64,000 bases of DNA, from NCBI GenBank assembly GCA_050084985.1, contig JBITNC010000001.1, positions 84,878,001 through 84,942,000 on the forward strand, written 5' to 3'. The notes below the pieces were generated by a model. It searched no databases. It was not told where the DNA came from and saw only the letters and a program-made list of their open reading frames with translations. A program made the translations under genes and the position numbers. Every line of letters starts with the position of its first letter. Within the stretch, counting starts at the first letter, position 1. This document shows positions 51,529 to 64,000 of this stretch, piece after piece. This DNA is from Nageia nagi (lineage: Eukaryota; Plantae; Pinophyta).

Positions 51529-51984
51529 TTATGCATAGAAATGTTTAAGGTGGATGGCACTAAATGTTTTTTATTCTTCTTTGCCATATATTAAAGATAG
51601 TTTATATGCACCTAATCCTATATCTTCTACCATGACAAAAGATCCCAACCAATTTCGATGAAATTTCCCTTTTATCTCATCATTTACAATAGTCTTTTTG
51701 ATGTTTTCTTTTAGTACCAAGTCTCCTACTTGGAATATTTTTGGCTTGATCTTTTTGCTAAAGGATATTTTTAATCTTGCAGGATATTTTTTTGATGTTC
51801 AATAGCATGAATTTTTTTTCATCAAGGGCTTCTAACTGCTATAATCTTACTTTTCTACCATCTTCATCTTGTATGTCTCCCTGTAATGATATTATTAAAG
51901 ATGGAATTTCAAGTTCTAATGGCACAATTGCTTCATCACCATAAACTAATGAGAATGGATTTGCCTATGTTGCTATTCTCATGC
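51529..51984 (-). pseudogene. Ty3/gypsy (Tat/Ogre-like) integrase C-terminal fragment
   Basis: NPFSLVYGDEAIVPLELEIPSL...FQVGDLVLKEN...KGKFHRNWLGSF...GAYKL...HLKHFYA*. Truncated at the start of repeat copy B. Confidence 0.88.
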
Positions 51985-52706
51985 TATCCAAATCTTATTT
52001 GTTCATTGCTCTCTTTAAAGCCACTATAATATCTTTTTGAAAGTATAACCATAATGGGATATTAAACTTTATTGGGAGATAGGACCATGTCTTTTTCCTT
52101 ATCTCATGTATTTATATTATTTCATTTCCATATTAGACTAAGGTGTATATATATATATATATAGATATGTATATGTATTAAATAAGGGTATTATAATGCA
52201 TATTCTAAACACATACAATCATGACCAACTTCATTATAATTTATGAAAATAAATAATATAGAAATGAGGTTATCCAGTAATAAAACAAAGACTTTTAATT
52301 CTTATGACAATATATTTAACACAATGAAAGAATTATATGTACAAGAAATAAAAACTAATTCAAATAACCTTAAACTTTATTACAATTGAAACAAAAATCA
52401 TATAAATATACATATCTTATTATATAATGTATAAAAGATGTTAGAAAAAATATATATACCTTCATTCAATAATTTTGTGGATCTTAATTTTCTTGTTATA
52501 AAACCTAGTTTAGTAAACCGATAGTGATTGGAATTTGTTGTATATTCTTCACTTCACAATAATTTGGAATGATTCTAGTACAACCTTAAAATTTAGCAAT
52601 TTTCTTCAAGCTTGAATGATAACTACCAAGTATGAAATATGTTGCTAAGTTGACAACTATTAGATTTGTAATAAATGTTACATATGGTATTAGGAAATTA
52701 TAGGTG

Positions 52707-55700
52707 TGTTGGGATGGAAATATTTCCTCTTACTCAAGTCATTAAAAGATTAACAATTTGGGAAAGCATCACATTATCTAAGTGAGATCTTGTTACTTAT
52801 CTCCACTTGAAAGGATTAAAACCTCAAGGTTCATGTACATCCTCTATTGGATGGTTGATATAGTTCATGAAACTAGAGGATATAAAAGTTAACCCACAAT
52901 ATTTTAGTTTATTGTCTTGTTTTGAAAAGATTGGAATTTATTTTTGTTTGAAAGAAATTAAAAGAAAAATAATAAAATGTTTCAAAGATAATAAAGGATG
53001 AGAATGAACAATGAAGTATTCATTATTTTGAAGGTATTCTTTCACCAACAATACATTGTATAAACTACTTTATTATCATATTAATTAAGAAACTTCATTC
53101 ATTTATCCTACTTACATCAATTGACAATGTCCATATTAGATAGAAATAGGAGTGGAAGGCAATTTAACTCACTAGGTGTCACTAAAGATGGAAGAAGATA
53201 AAATAAGCATTCATAAAATCACTTCAATGGAAGCTTATAATCTAATGAAATAATAAGAAACAATTCATATTATAATTTTCTACATGCAAGTTATGAGAAA
53301 TGATAAATTTAACACAATCCACATACTTTTAAAGATATCCAAAAAATATTTCCTAAAATATTTAAGTTTTCAAGGATAGTGGTACACAAGCTCATGCTTT
53401 GTGATAAGAAATCACATAAACACCCAATCCATATCACAAATCCAAACAAATGATAAAGCCAACTTCAATCATAAAATTATCCAATTCTATAACAAATCAA
53501 AGAGTTCACAATATCCAAATTACTTTCCCTTCACTTGCAATAAGTTCTTTCTAAATTAAAAATGAATCCCCTTGGGGTGCTTATAGTTTTTACAAGGATT
53601 GTAACTTGGTGTTATCCTAATTTAAATGAATGAAAATAAAATTACATCAACTCTCTTAACATGAAAATAGCCAAAAAAATATAACATACACTTGTGGATG
53701 TAAAAACTCATTTACACAAGGCAATCAAATAAGTCTTTAAATAAAAAGAAATCTCAAAATGAAAATATATAAAATAAACTATGAGAGCATAGAATATTTC
53801 ACATAGAATGTAAAATGTTCTTTGAATTTAGACTACATGAATTATTTAGCTTCTTGTATTTTAGTGACTAAGACTTCCATTGAGCAACAAGTATGCTCCA
53901 AGTACCTAGTGATAAAATTGGAAGTCCAACCCATTTGAAACTTTCAAATTGATAGTTGCTTATCAATTTTGGACATATCTCCCTACCTTGATAATGTTGA
54001 CAGATTTTACATATACTACTTTCTAAATCATATTCTAGACCTCTTGAACCACAAAATCTATGTTTCTCACTTCTTGTCCATCCTCTACATGTTCCCCTTG
54101 TACTGATATTTTGCCACCTTTTGCTTTACATATTCCTTTTTCCCCTCTCATCTCCTCCAAGCTAACACATTTTTCCTTGGCATATGTTAACCAATCATAA
54201 TGGGATAATAATATATTACAATACTTTCTCTCTTCTTGTTTGTTTACCAAAACCTTTTGCAATGCAACTAATGAAGGGTAACTCTTATTCCACTTTTCGA
54301 GCACTTCAAGGACCTTCTTCTTTATGTTAACTATTTTTACTTTAGCTAAAATAAATTCTATCATTAATGATGAACATTTATTGACTAATTTCAATGTATC
54401 CTTTATCAAAAAACCTTCATTTACTCTAATCCAACATTAGGTAAAGCTTATGTCCTAATGTCTTTAGGCTTCATCTTTATAGCCTTAATTTCTCTAACCA
54501 ATTTTTTATTTCCTGGTAGATCCTTTTTCAAATCTCTAATAATAAAATCCTTATAGTTCCCTTGTCTTGCCATGGTAGCTTCATTTGTATTTATATCTTA
54601 TTTTCTTCTAAGCTAACCATTCCTCAGTACATATGAGATCTTGTGGTCCTTTAGGCTTATTTTTTTGTAATAGACTTTATTGGTGGTAACCAAGGTTTCT
54701 TTCATATTCATGAATATTTCAATTCTCCTCAATGGTGAGGACTCCTTTCCAAATTTAATGCCTTCTTCTTCATCTTCATTCATTAAATCCATATAAAGTA
54801 TATTGAAGCATGTATTCATATCAAATCCCCAATCTTTATCTACATTGCATTGATGCTTCTCCAAGGGCATATCTTTTACCTCTACCATCTCTTTAGCTTT
54901 ATACTCATATTTCTTTATTTTCAAATATTTTCTTCACTTTCTCCTTCATCTTCATCGCTATCATTTACCTCGTAAGAGTAATCCATCTTTTAATAATCTA
55001 GATATTTTATTTAACACAATATCTAGCTTCCTTTTGTGCTATGAGTGGATCACTTTGATATTGTGGTGTAGGTGACTTCATATATCTCATGGAAACAAAT
55101 TCTTCCACTAGCTTTCTCATCTTTTCCATATTAATTAAATTTAACTTTATCTCTTTGTTGAGCCACCTAATGTTGATATTGGTCTTAGTGGAATCTAAAT
55201 CAATGTCGACATATACTTCCTCATTATCTTCTCATTGATTCGACTCATCTTCATCTCCTTTGAACTCTTCTCCATCAATGTTGATACTCTCATTTCTATC
55301 ACTATATATGAGAGAATATGAAGATCTAGGGCTATAAGAGTGATAGGGTATATCTTCGTAATTGGATCCTTATAACATCCCTTCAGCTTTCTTCTTAAAC
55401 TCTTTGAGATGATAAGTGGTACACCCTTCCTCTTTCAATATATCCATGTTATTCTTGATCTCCAAATCTACTTCTTTGTTCATTTGGATTGAAATATTCA
55501 TTGTGTCATATTTCCATATTTGCCCTTATTTTTCTACCACATAAGATGAAGGAGATCCCACTACTAATGATGGGCCTACATTAATATCTAAGGGTAGAGG
55601 TTTCTTTTATTCTTTACTACCATTTCTTCTCTTATATTTAGATAATGGTGAATGGATATCCTAAATTTTCCTCTCATCTCTTTCATTTTGATATCTCTCT

Positions 55701-57240
55701 ATGCTCTTGAGGGATTTATGGAATATGGTTACTTGAGGGACTTCAAAAAAAGCTTTGTATCTTGCCATTTGGATCATATCTATTGTGTTTTTTCTCCTTT
55801 TGAAATTCATAGTGAGTCAACTCCTCCTTCATGGAATTGATATTAATCCATGAGATACATGTGTATTCTCCTATGACTTTGGGCAAGTTTATTGTAGTAG
55901 ATTTATTCTTCCACAATTTATCATGTAAAAATAACAAGTGTCCACAAAATTCAAAAATCACCAAGTCATTACTTTTATACCTTGGTAATATAAGTGGAGA
56001 TTATTTTTATCCATAGAATTTGATGTAGGTTGCATTTGGATCTTTAAGATAAAAATTGGAATAGACACTAAGATCATCTATAACTTCATTATTGATCCTC
56101 CTCACTAATTCCTTTCTTTTGATTTTATTATAAATCTCATACTCCCATATATCATTCTATATGATGAAGTAGTCCCATAATTTATTAATCCACCACTTGG
56201 GATAACTTTTTCATATAGGAATTCTTGGATTATGCAAATCATTGAAGTTAGCATGTGTTGTTACCTATTATTTACCATCTAAAAGAAAGCATATCAATTA
56301 GGTATTCATGTAGAATCTCTTTGAAGTCACTATCTAGTTCAATTTCCTAGTTATAACATCACTTATCACCCTACTCCATCAAACTATTTTTCCATTTCCA
56401 ATCTTATAGATAAACCCTATGAACTCTCTTCAAAACTTATAATAATCTCTTTTTCTTATTACCCTTGAAAAGAGAATTATGATATTAAAAATGGTGGGAT
56501 AAAACAATGTTCTCTTAGCATTTAGAAATTTCTATCCATGAATTTCCAAACTATCTTGTTGTAGCCATTCTCAAATCATATTTCTAGATTTGGCCAATTG
56601 ATTATAAAATTCATGATATTGACCCTCAATGTGGATGGTCCCTTCATTTTTCCACCCAATATCCTTATCAATCCCTTTGGAGATGAAATCCATTATTTGA
56701 TTTCTTATGATCTCAAAGAGTGTCCTCTTTTCAATGTCACATAGTCTTCCCACTTCATAGTATGATTCAAGAAAAGGGACATCGAATGGTATGCTTATGG
56801 TTGAGATGAGTCATAATTTGTATAGAACATCTCCCTTCAATTCTTGTTTTTTAATTTCTAAGATTCACTCTAGAATCTTTGATACATTTGTATAGGACCA
56901 ATATGTATCTCAAATATGAGCCAAACCATTTCTTAAGACATCCTAGGATATGGGAACTGACCCACCTTCGCAAGCTCTATGGGAATATCTTTCATTAGCC
57001 TAACCACATTTATCTCCCTTTCTTTATTGTATTTATTCTAGGATGGACTCCTAGAAGCACTCATTTTCAGCTTGATGAGTGTACCTTTTGCAATAGATAA
57101 AATTATTAGATTTAAGAAACCTATGGTGAGGGTTTGAATGTTCTAATCTTAAGTCTCAAATGAGGGATACAGTGGGTCATAGGAGAGTAACTTATGTCAC
57201 ACAAATTTTGGGTGTGAAAGTTCTAAAGCAAGAAGGTGAT
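52707..57240 (-). mobile_element. 5'-truncated large ORF-bearing LTR, copy B
   Basis: Duplicate of 44291-48810. TGTTGGGATGG terminus at 52707. Confidence 0.62.
54035..57064 (-). pseudogene. Homolog of the LTR-embedded accessory ORF, copy B
   Basis: LRNGLAHI*DTYW, GRLCDIEKRTLFEIIRNQIMDF, LFLHDKLW, IGEYTC, MKEELTHYEF. Confidence 0.78.
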
Positions 57241-57350
57241 GCTAATATAAAATCCAACTACTTTTTTTAAAATTTTATTTAGTACCCATCAATTTACTTT
57301 TTTTCTAAAATCATGAACTTTTATTTTTTAACTAGTGTAATATTGATTAG
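57240..57350 (+). other. Relic of CXE 3' UTR (fourth copy)
   Basis: Same motif, including GCTAATATAAAATC matching GCCAATGTAAAATC of CXE-2. Confidence 0.8.
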
Positions 57351-59389
57351 AAAATTATTATTTTTTTAGTAAATTCAACAACTGTAAATTCAAAAAATTG
57401 ATCAAAATAATAATTTTTTAATAAGAAAACCAAAACATATATGTTGAATGTTTTAGTGACCCCTAAGATTAAACTAGGTAAAAACTATGTTAAACATTCA
57501 CATTTAAAGATATGCAATGTACCAATAAAGATAGAAGTAATAACAATAATTCAAAGTAATGAAGATATAACAATAAATTAAATTGCTCAAATTATTGGAT
57601 CAAGATAACATCAACATACTATTGAGATAGGGATCATGAGATAAATATTTGCTAAATGTACCTATATTATGAAAAGTTATATGTAGAAAGGAACTTGTCA
57701 AAGGAGAGTGGCCTTGATATACGAATCCTCAGACCAAATCCAATCTACAACCCTAGCATGGATGCATGTAGGGGTGTAGATATTGAGCCCTCAAAAGGAA
57801 GCACCAACACTAATAGTAGCATGGGTTATGAGCATCCTATGATTAGAGTTCAAACTATGATCCAAAGTAGAATAATACATTGATAAGCTAAGCTAAACAT
57901 ATACTTGCAAAAGATAGAGTGACAGATATGCTCAAGTGATTACAATATCCTAATCTCAATAGGTGGCCTTGAGAAACAACTAATAATTTAGGTATTGGTT
58001 ATTAGTATTAAATCTTGATGCTTTCCCATGTAATCATACTTACTCTTAAATATGAAGAGAACCTCCACATAGAAGGTAATGTCAACATTGCGGTACCTTG
58101 CATAAATAAATATGAAATTACATGAGAAGTATCTTAAGTTGGTGAATACATGGAAAATATGATAATAAGAACATAATGTAATATAATAATTAATTATGAG
58201 CATAAGTTGAATTAATATAAGAAAATTATAATAATAATAATATAAACATGATATAACAATTAATTATGATCATCGATAGGGGATCAAATTTAAGTGTTAA
58301 AAAATGCTCCCCTTTGCAAGTTTAATTGGAATGAAATGAAATGAAATTATGCTTGCAAAAGAACTAGAAAACATAAAGGAAGAAAAATTTGATACTTCCT
58401 TGGTTTTTGGTGGAACCATCCAATAATCAAATGTTGATAATATATACTTCCCCCTCTTTGCCTTGATTATGAAGTCAAATGGTATCCATGGAGTGAGAAC
58501 GATCAAGAGCAAAGAATAACTTAAAAGAGAGGCAAAAATACCATCTTCTAAAAGGCATACAAATATTAAAGAATATATGTTAGATCATAATATCATATGC
58601 AAGTATATCATTAAATCCACTATGGAATACCCTAAGAAATTAATTATAAAGAGATCATAATAAGAAGATCATAACAATAATCATAGAGTGATCATAAAAT
58701 GATGGTTCACTATAAGAAAATAGGCATTAATCGTTGGGTATATTGTCATATATTTTTTATTTTTCTTTATAACATTATTTTTGTTAGAACTCATTAGGCC
58801 TCATTAAGGGTATGATTCTAGTTATTTTATTTTATTTTCCTAATGTTTTCTTGATGTTACGATTGACGATAAGTATGAAATAAATTTTCCAATTTCTAGA
58901 AATTACCACTAATCATATACATGATGTAATTTTTAAAATTTCCTAATGGTACATCTAACATTAATTTATAATTTCTTAATTTCGTATATGATGTAATATC
59001 ATCTCCAAACATCCCAAAATCAACAAAATTAGTTGTAAATCTTAAAAATTTGAATTCATCCAACCTAAGCACCACTTTTTCAATGCATTGTATTTTTACT
59101 ACATACTTAAAATCACTTGAAAACTATCTAATATAGTGGCCAAAAATGTTGAGGCATATGATAGTTCAATCTAGAACCCACCCATAAAGTGGAACCATAT
59201 TCTTACACACACCCACTAATGTTGTAGAATCTTTATAAATTGTTAGATGTATAGAAAACCTTTTAATATGTCTATAAAATATAAATCATATAATTCATTT
59301 AATTTTCATAATGTTTATAAAATATAAAACACTATTATGAATCATTTAATTGCAATTTATATTATCTCCATCAATAGAAAATATAATAT

Positions 59390-60930
59390 ATTTTTCTCTA
59401 GGATTAATATTAATTACAAAACACATTGTCTCATCCTCTACATCTATACATAAAAATAATAGACTACAATGTTATGGTAAAACATAAGGCCTTTTATATT
59501 TAGCTAAATATTTTGATGGGTTCATTGGAAAGTATTAACTATTGTCATCATGTAAGATTATTCTTCTATCAAATGTTTCAAACCATTTACATATAAATAC
59601 TATACATTGGAATGACCTATAATACAACTAAATAATATATTAAATTTTTCTAAGATATTGTAATGTTCCTTCTATCAATTTTTTATCTTTTGTACTTTTA
59701 CAAATTGCTTGATCAAAATCAACCATCACTCCATAGTCAAATGTCACTCTATTCTGATCAATCTTTTAATTTCTAAAGTGTTGACCATATGCTCACATTA
59801 AAGAGAAAGATAATGCTTGCAAATATTTACATAAAAACTATTATTAATGAAATCATTATATTTAATTAAAAAAAACTATCATGCTCTAATAAGAAATAAA
59901 AAAATAATTACATATTAGTAAATTAAGAATATTACGTTTTGATTGCATCTAATGGCTATATTTTGAACATGACCTTAGATACTTTATTTACCAATTTTCA
60001 TTTGTTAGTTGTGTAGGTATAGTTTTACCCCTTGTATTTTTTTCAATGAAAAGATTTTATATTAGAAAAAGACTAATCATACAAAAAATAATGGGTGGGA
60101 TTACCACACCAAAAGTCACACTAACTGCAGTAGTTAGGAATCAAAGTTCTTAAAAAGCCCCAAACACAGGAAAAAAGGAAACAATAGTCCAAAAACTCCT
60201 TATGAAGTAATACAAACATCAAGCATTGAACTAATTAGTTTTAGGCTCATTAGGAGGAAGAAAGTTGTCTATTTGACCCAAATAAGCCCAACCATGGTTA
60301 GCATTATCACCATCACTCCAATCATCATTATCCACATCCAAATTAGCACCAGATAGGATAGATGCTAAGTGAGTAAGAGCAAGAGACTAAGGAATTTGTA
60401 CATTCTCCTACAAGTCTACTTCTTTTACTTTTGTATAGTTCTATCCACTCCTTGCAACATTATATATTCATCATGATAAACTAATTTATAGATTCAAACT
60501 CATGATAATCTATAAAATCATGATAACACAATATACATTCATTAGTAACCATTAATTAAATTAAATCCAAAACACATATTTTACATATTATTAAAAATTA
60601 GTAATATCTTTAATATTGTTATTACCTTTAATATTATAATTTATTGCATTATATTCCAAAATCTCTTCTTTAAATGTCTCTATGTATTTGTTTGCTTGCC
60701 ACATCTTTGGTATAGAAGGATGAATTTGGGAAATATAGTTATATGCATAAAAAAAATATTCTTGTACAAGGTATGACTCACCCCTTGATCCTTTTAGTCA
60801 TGATTTTTATCTAACAAATTCTTTTAGTACTTTTAAAAAATTTCCATAAAAAATAAGCTTCTATCACTTATGGCATATACTATTTCTATATCATGTACTA
60901 GGTGGATCAATATGTACACTTGTATGTTCA
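59390..60930 (-). pseudogene. CACTA transposase fragment (DUF4218/DUF4216-like) with introns
   Basis: IQVYILIHLV...FLKVLKEFVR...KGS.GESY; AYGQHFR..KIDQNRVTFDYGVMVDF; FICKWFETF; PYVLP*HC...NPR. Confidence 0.78.
60037..60395 (-). mobile_element. 5'-truncated LINE 3' fragment nested in the CACTA transposase
   Basis: Minus-strand tail TAATATAAAATCTTTTCATTGAAAAAAA, flanked by TTGTA at 60032-60036 and 60396-60400. Removing it restores the host frame SKRSRLVGECTRGKTIP. Confidence 0.7.
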
Positions 60931-61449
60931 TTTTTTTTATTAATAAGGATATATTTTGTATTAATAAAATAAAATGGGAGTTTTGATAAGTCCTCCTAAA
61001 CTTCATAGAGTTGATCTAGACTAAAAAAATAATGTATTGGCATATTACAAAATAAAGTACACCATAGAAAAACTCATCTAGAATCATACTATAAGTAAAG
61101 TATAGTAGTATAGAGACCCAAAATACATATAATCTATTGGCATAGAATAACTAAGATATATAACATATTAAAATAGATTTGATCTATAAAATGTCTTCAA
61201 AAGCATATCCAGATTTCACCAACTAAGGGAAGAATTGATTCTCATAATTAAACTTATAGAAAGAGAGATACTAATCCTAAGAAATCCTTTGCTCCAAGAT
61301 TATATTATCTCCAACTGCTTCAAAATTCTAGCTGAAATTTCCCACAAGTAGCATTGCCTCAACTAAAATTTTGTTATAAATTGACTTATCATGTGGAGGT
61401 TTAACTACTACTAATTTAATCTTAGAGCCCATTTGAATCAAACTTATTG

Positions 61450-63170
61450 GCACTTTATCTAAAGGCTTCTCATTCATTCTATTTTACTCCACACCACTTT
61501 CAACTACATTTTGGTTCATTATTTTTCCCTTCTACATTTCCATCTCATCACCCTCCCTTATATAGTTACAGCTCATTGAAGCTTGCTTATCTTGTATAGA
61601 CCTTGTCTTCAATTGCTTCTTTGATGCACCCTAACCCTCACACTCAAGGATATTTTTATTTTTATGACCTTATTCATATTATTTTTTGGTTTTTTAAATG
61701 CATTCTCTTCACTTAACTATGCTTGCACCATTTTCTCTGCTACTACACTTTTTTACTTTGGGAATTCAATACATACCTCTAACTTTTCCAATCCCAGTTT
61801 CTCTTTAGGACTTTTCTTACTCTTGGGTATCATACATAGGCCTTAACTTTGGGTGATCATCACCTATATCTTGGCTCTTACCTTGTAAGAGGATCTTCAT
61901 TGACTATAGTCCATGGATACTCTATTTTCTCTTACGAAACTCTCTTATTTTAAAATTTTCAAGTGGTTGGATATCTTATAAATCTTTGAAAATTGCTACA
62001 TTCTCGTAAGGATTTATATTATCCTAATTGGGAACCTAATGCTTATTTTGATAATTTTTCTTAAAAACTCTTCCCTATCTTCTTCTGAATTCTTTTTAGA
62101 TGCTACACTCTAACATCCAACACTCCTTACTCTAGTTTAAGTTGCAATACTAGAAGGATTATCAATCAACTTTGTTGGTTTCTTTTTTTTTTTTCAGCAC
62201 CTCATCACTTATAATAAAAATCAAGTTTGAATTAACATCAACCTCTTTATAATTTAGGTTCGCACTTTGGACCTAAGCATCCTCTTTCTTTTTAACTTGT
62301 TTATTTTTGGCCTTGGCAACAACTTGAGCTTATATGGACCCTTTAGTAGCACTAAGATTTGGTTTCCAAGCTTTCTTGGATGAAAGTAAGTCACTTTTTC
62401 CATAGTTACTACTTTCCCCAACCTTCTTGACTCTTTTCTAAGAGCCCTTGACCTTGAAATACTCAATTAAAGTAAGGTTGTCTTCATTCTCATCACTACT
62501 AACCAGGTCTTGAGATTGTTTATCAATTGCAACATCAAATTGAATAGGGACTTTTACATCTTCATTACCACTCTATTTATCAAATAATTTATCCCCTTCC
62601 CTAACCTTAAAACTAGGATTTTTCTTATCCAAATCCTTGATATAAACCAAGTAAATGATATATTCATATAGAGGTAGAGCTAGTATATTCCTCTTAAATC
62701 TTTCAATGGAATACTCAATTGAATTACAAAATGAAGAAATGAAAATTTATTTTATCTTTTACTAAAAAAATAAAATGGTTGAACAAATTGAAATGATACA
62801 CATAGGAAACCATGAATCTACCTTCAAGTGTAACATACCTCATCAAGGCTTTTGCTAGGCTTTTCCATAAATTTGGAAAGCATTTTTAGCTTACCCCTGA
62901 CTATAACTTTTTCAATTTGAAGTACTTGTTAAAACTCTTCACAAAATTATCTTTAGCCTACAATATTATTTATTTTTCTTCTCTTATAAATTCTAAATCC
63001 TTATTTTACCATTTGAATAACCTTTGCAACTATCTCAAGAGATAAGCTAAATTCAATACTATTGAAGATACATTTACCTTCATTTTATGATTTGATAACA
63101 ACTAGCAATAATTTCCTATCAAAACCCTTTCATGCTATGATAAAATATTGTAAACCACCCTTAACCATCA
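61450..63170 (-). pseudogene. Decayed retroelement accessory ORF (plant transposon-protein-like)
   Basis: MKGFDRKL...FSLSLEIVAKV; WKSLAKALMRYVTLEGRFMVSYVYHFNLFNHF; then a long Lys/Ser-rich region. Resembles accessory ORFs I recall from conifer LTR elements. Limits are approximate. Confidence 0.5.
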
Positions 63171-64000
63171 TATTTCATATCTTTATTTCTTCCTAAACTT
63201 TTGCATGGTCACTGGGATTAGTTATGATTACATCTCCATGCATCTCATAGGCTCAAGAACATTAATAGCTTGAGATTGAATCTAGACCATGGTAATGGAG
63301 GTGAAATGGGTAAATTCCATAACAAAAACTTAATGAAAGAGAGACTCCATGCTAAATAATCATATCATACATCACATCAAACTTCAAATAGATCCTAGTT
63401 ATGCTATCTACAAAGAATACAAAAGGAAACACTTACCACCTGTCTCTCCAACATGCCTTGGAAAAGACACTACAACATATCACATGATAACTTTGAATGG
63501 AAATTATGTGAGATGAAAAAAGCATGGATTATGGTAACATAGGTATAAATGCTTAAACTATAGAGGTATCAATTGACATGACAAGTTGGAAAAAGACACA
63601 TGCATTACACCTTAAGACAAAATCAAATCAATATCATGTCATGAATGAGGCATGGATAAGCTTATTTAAAAAGTTGAAAAATGTAACCTCCTTAATTGTT
63701 AGTGTTCACCTTTTCTTCTAAATTATTATTAATTTTGTTCAAGGCTTTATAAATTTTTTCTTTGATGCACACTTTGATATTTTTGCTTGCCATAATTATA
63801 GCCATTTTAAAAACCTTTTTTTGCTACACTTTATTTACCTTCAAATAATATTAAGTTTCTCTCTCTCCAACTCTACCATATTATATGAGAGAATGAGAAG
63901 TTCCAAACAATATTTTTCCCTTTATACTTTATATTTGGATATTATTAAATAATCAATTGTTGGATTATTTTTGGGAGAGGACATAAAAACCAACCAATTC

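Larger units (their letters stand above)
51985..58338 (+). repeat. Segmental direct repeat, copy B (~6.4 kb)
   Basis: Collinear with 43500-49911. Confidence 0.93.
58708..60930 (-). mobile_element. CACTA (En/Spm) transposon remnant: one terminus plus transposase 3' part
   Basis: Terminus CACTATAAGAAAA at 58708-58720, with transposase exons on the minus strand. Confidence 0.8.

Noticed and set aside
43500-58338. Two 6.4-kb LTRs of a single retrotransposon
   Set aside because: The repeats lack TG...CA ends, PBS and TSD, and each is a mosaic of several unrelated pieces. Segmental duplication fits better.

Overview
AT-rich, CpG-depleted eukaryotic DNA, almost certainly a large plant genome and probably a gymnosperm (inferred from the TE types and methylation-type decay). 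I see no intact protein-coding gene. The window is a decayed tandem cluster of intronless carboxylesterase (CXE, alpha/beta-hydrolase) genes. It has two pseudogene copies and two further 3'-UTR-only relics, buried under nested transposons. In order: (1) a complete Ty1/copia element (489-bp LTRs, AAAAT TSD) whose leader and most of gag are inverted; (2) a ~720-bp compound trinucleotide microsatellite; (3) a ~12.9-kb rolling-circle element with a full-length RPA70 pseudogene and a Helentron/Helitron2-type RepHel, inserted in the CXE-1 promoter; (4) CXE-1, split by a ~6-kb solo LTR that contains an array of covarying palindromes and a ~1000-codon ORF; (5) an L1-type LINE with a GW/WG-rich ORF2 tail, interrupted by a tRNA-like TRIM and LTR debris; (6) CXE-2; (7) two ~6.4-kb direct repeats, each carrying a truncated related LTR with a homolog of the same large ORF; (8) a gypsy integrase fragment, a CACTA transposase remnant and another retroelement accessory ORF. 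The best candidate for an undescribed system is the LTR-encoded protein paired with the palindrome array. All alignments, translations and difference counts were done by eye and need computational confirmation.
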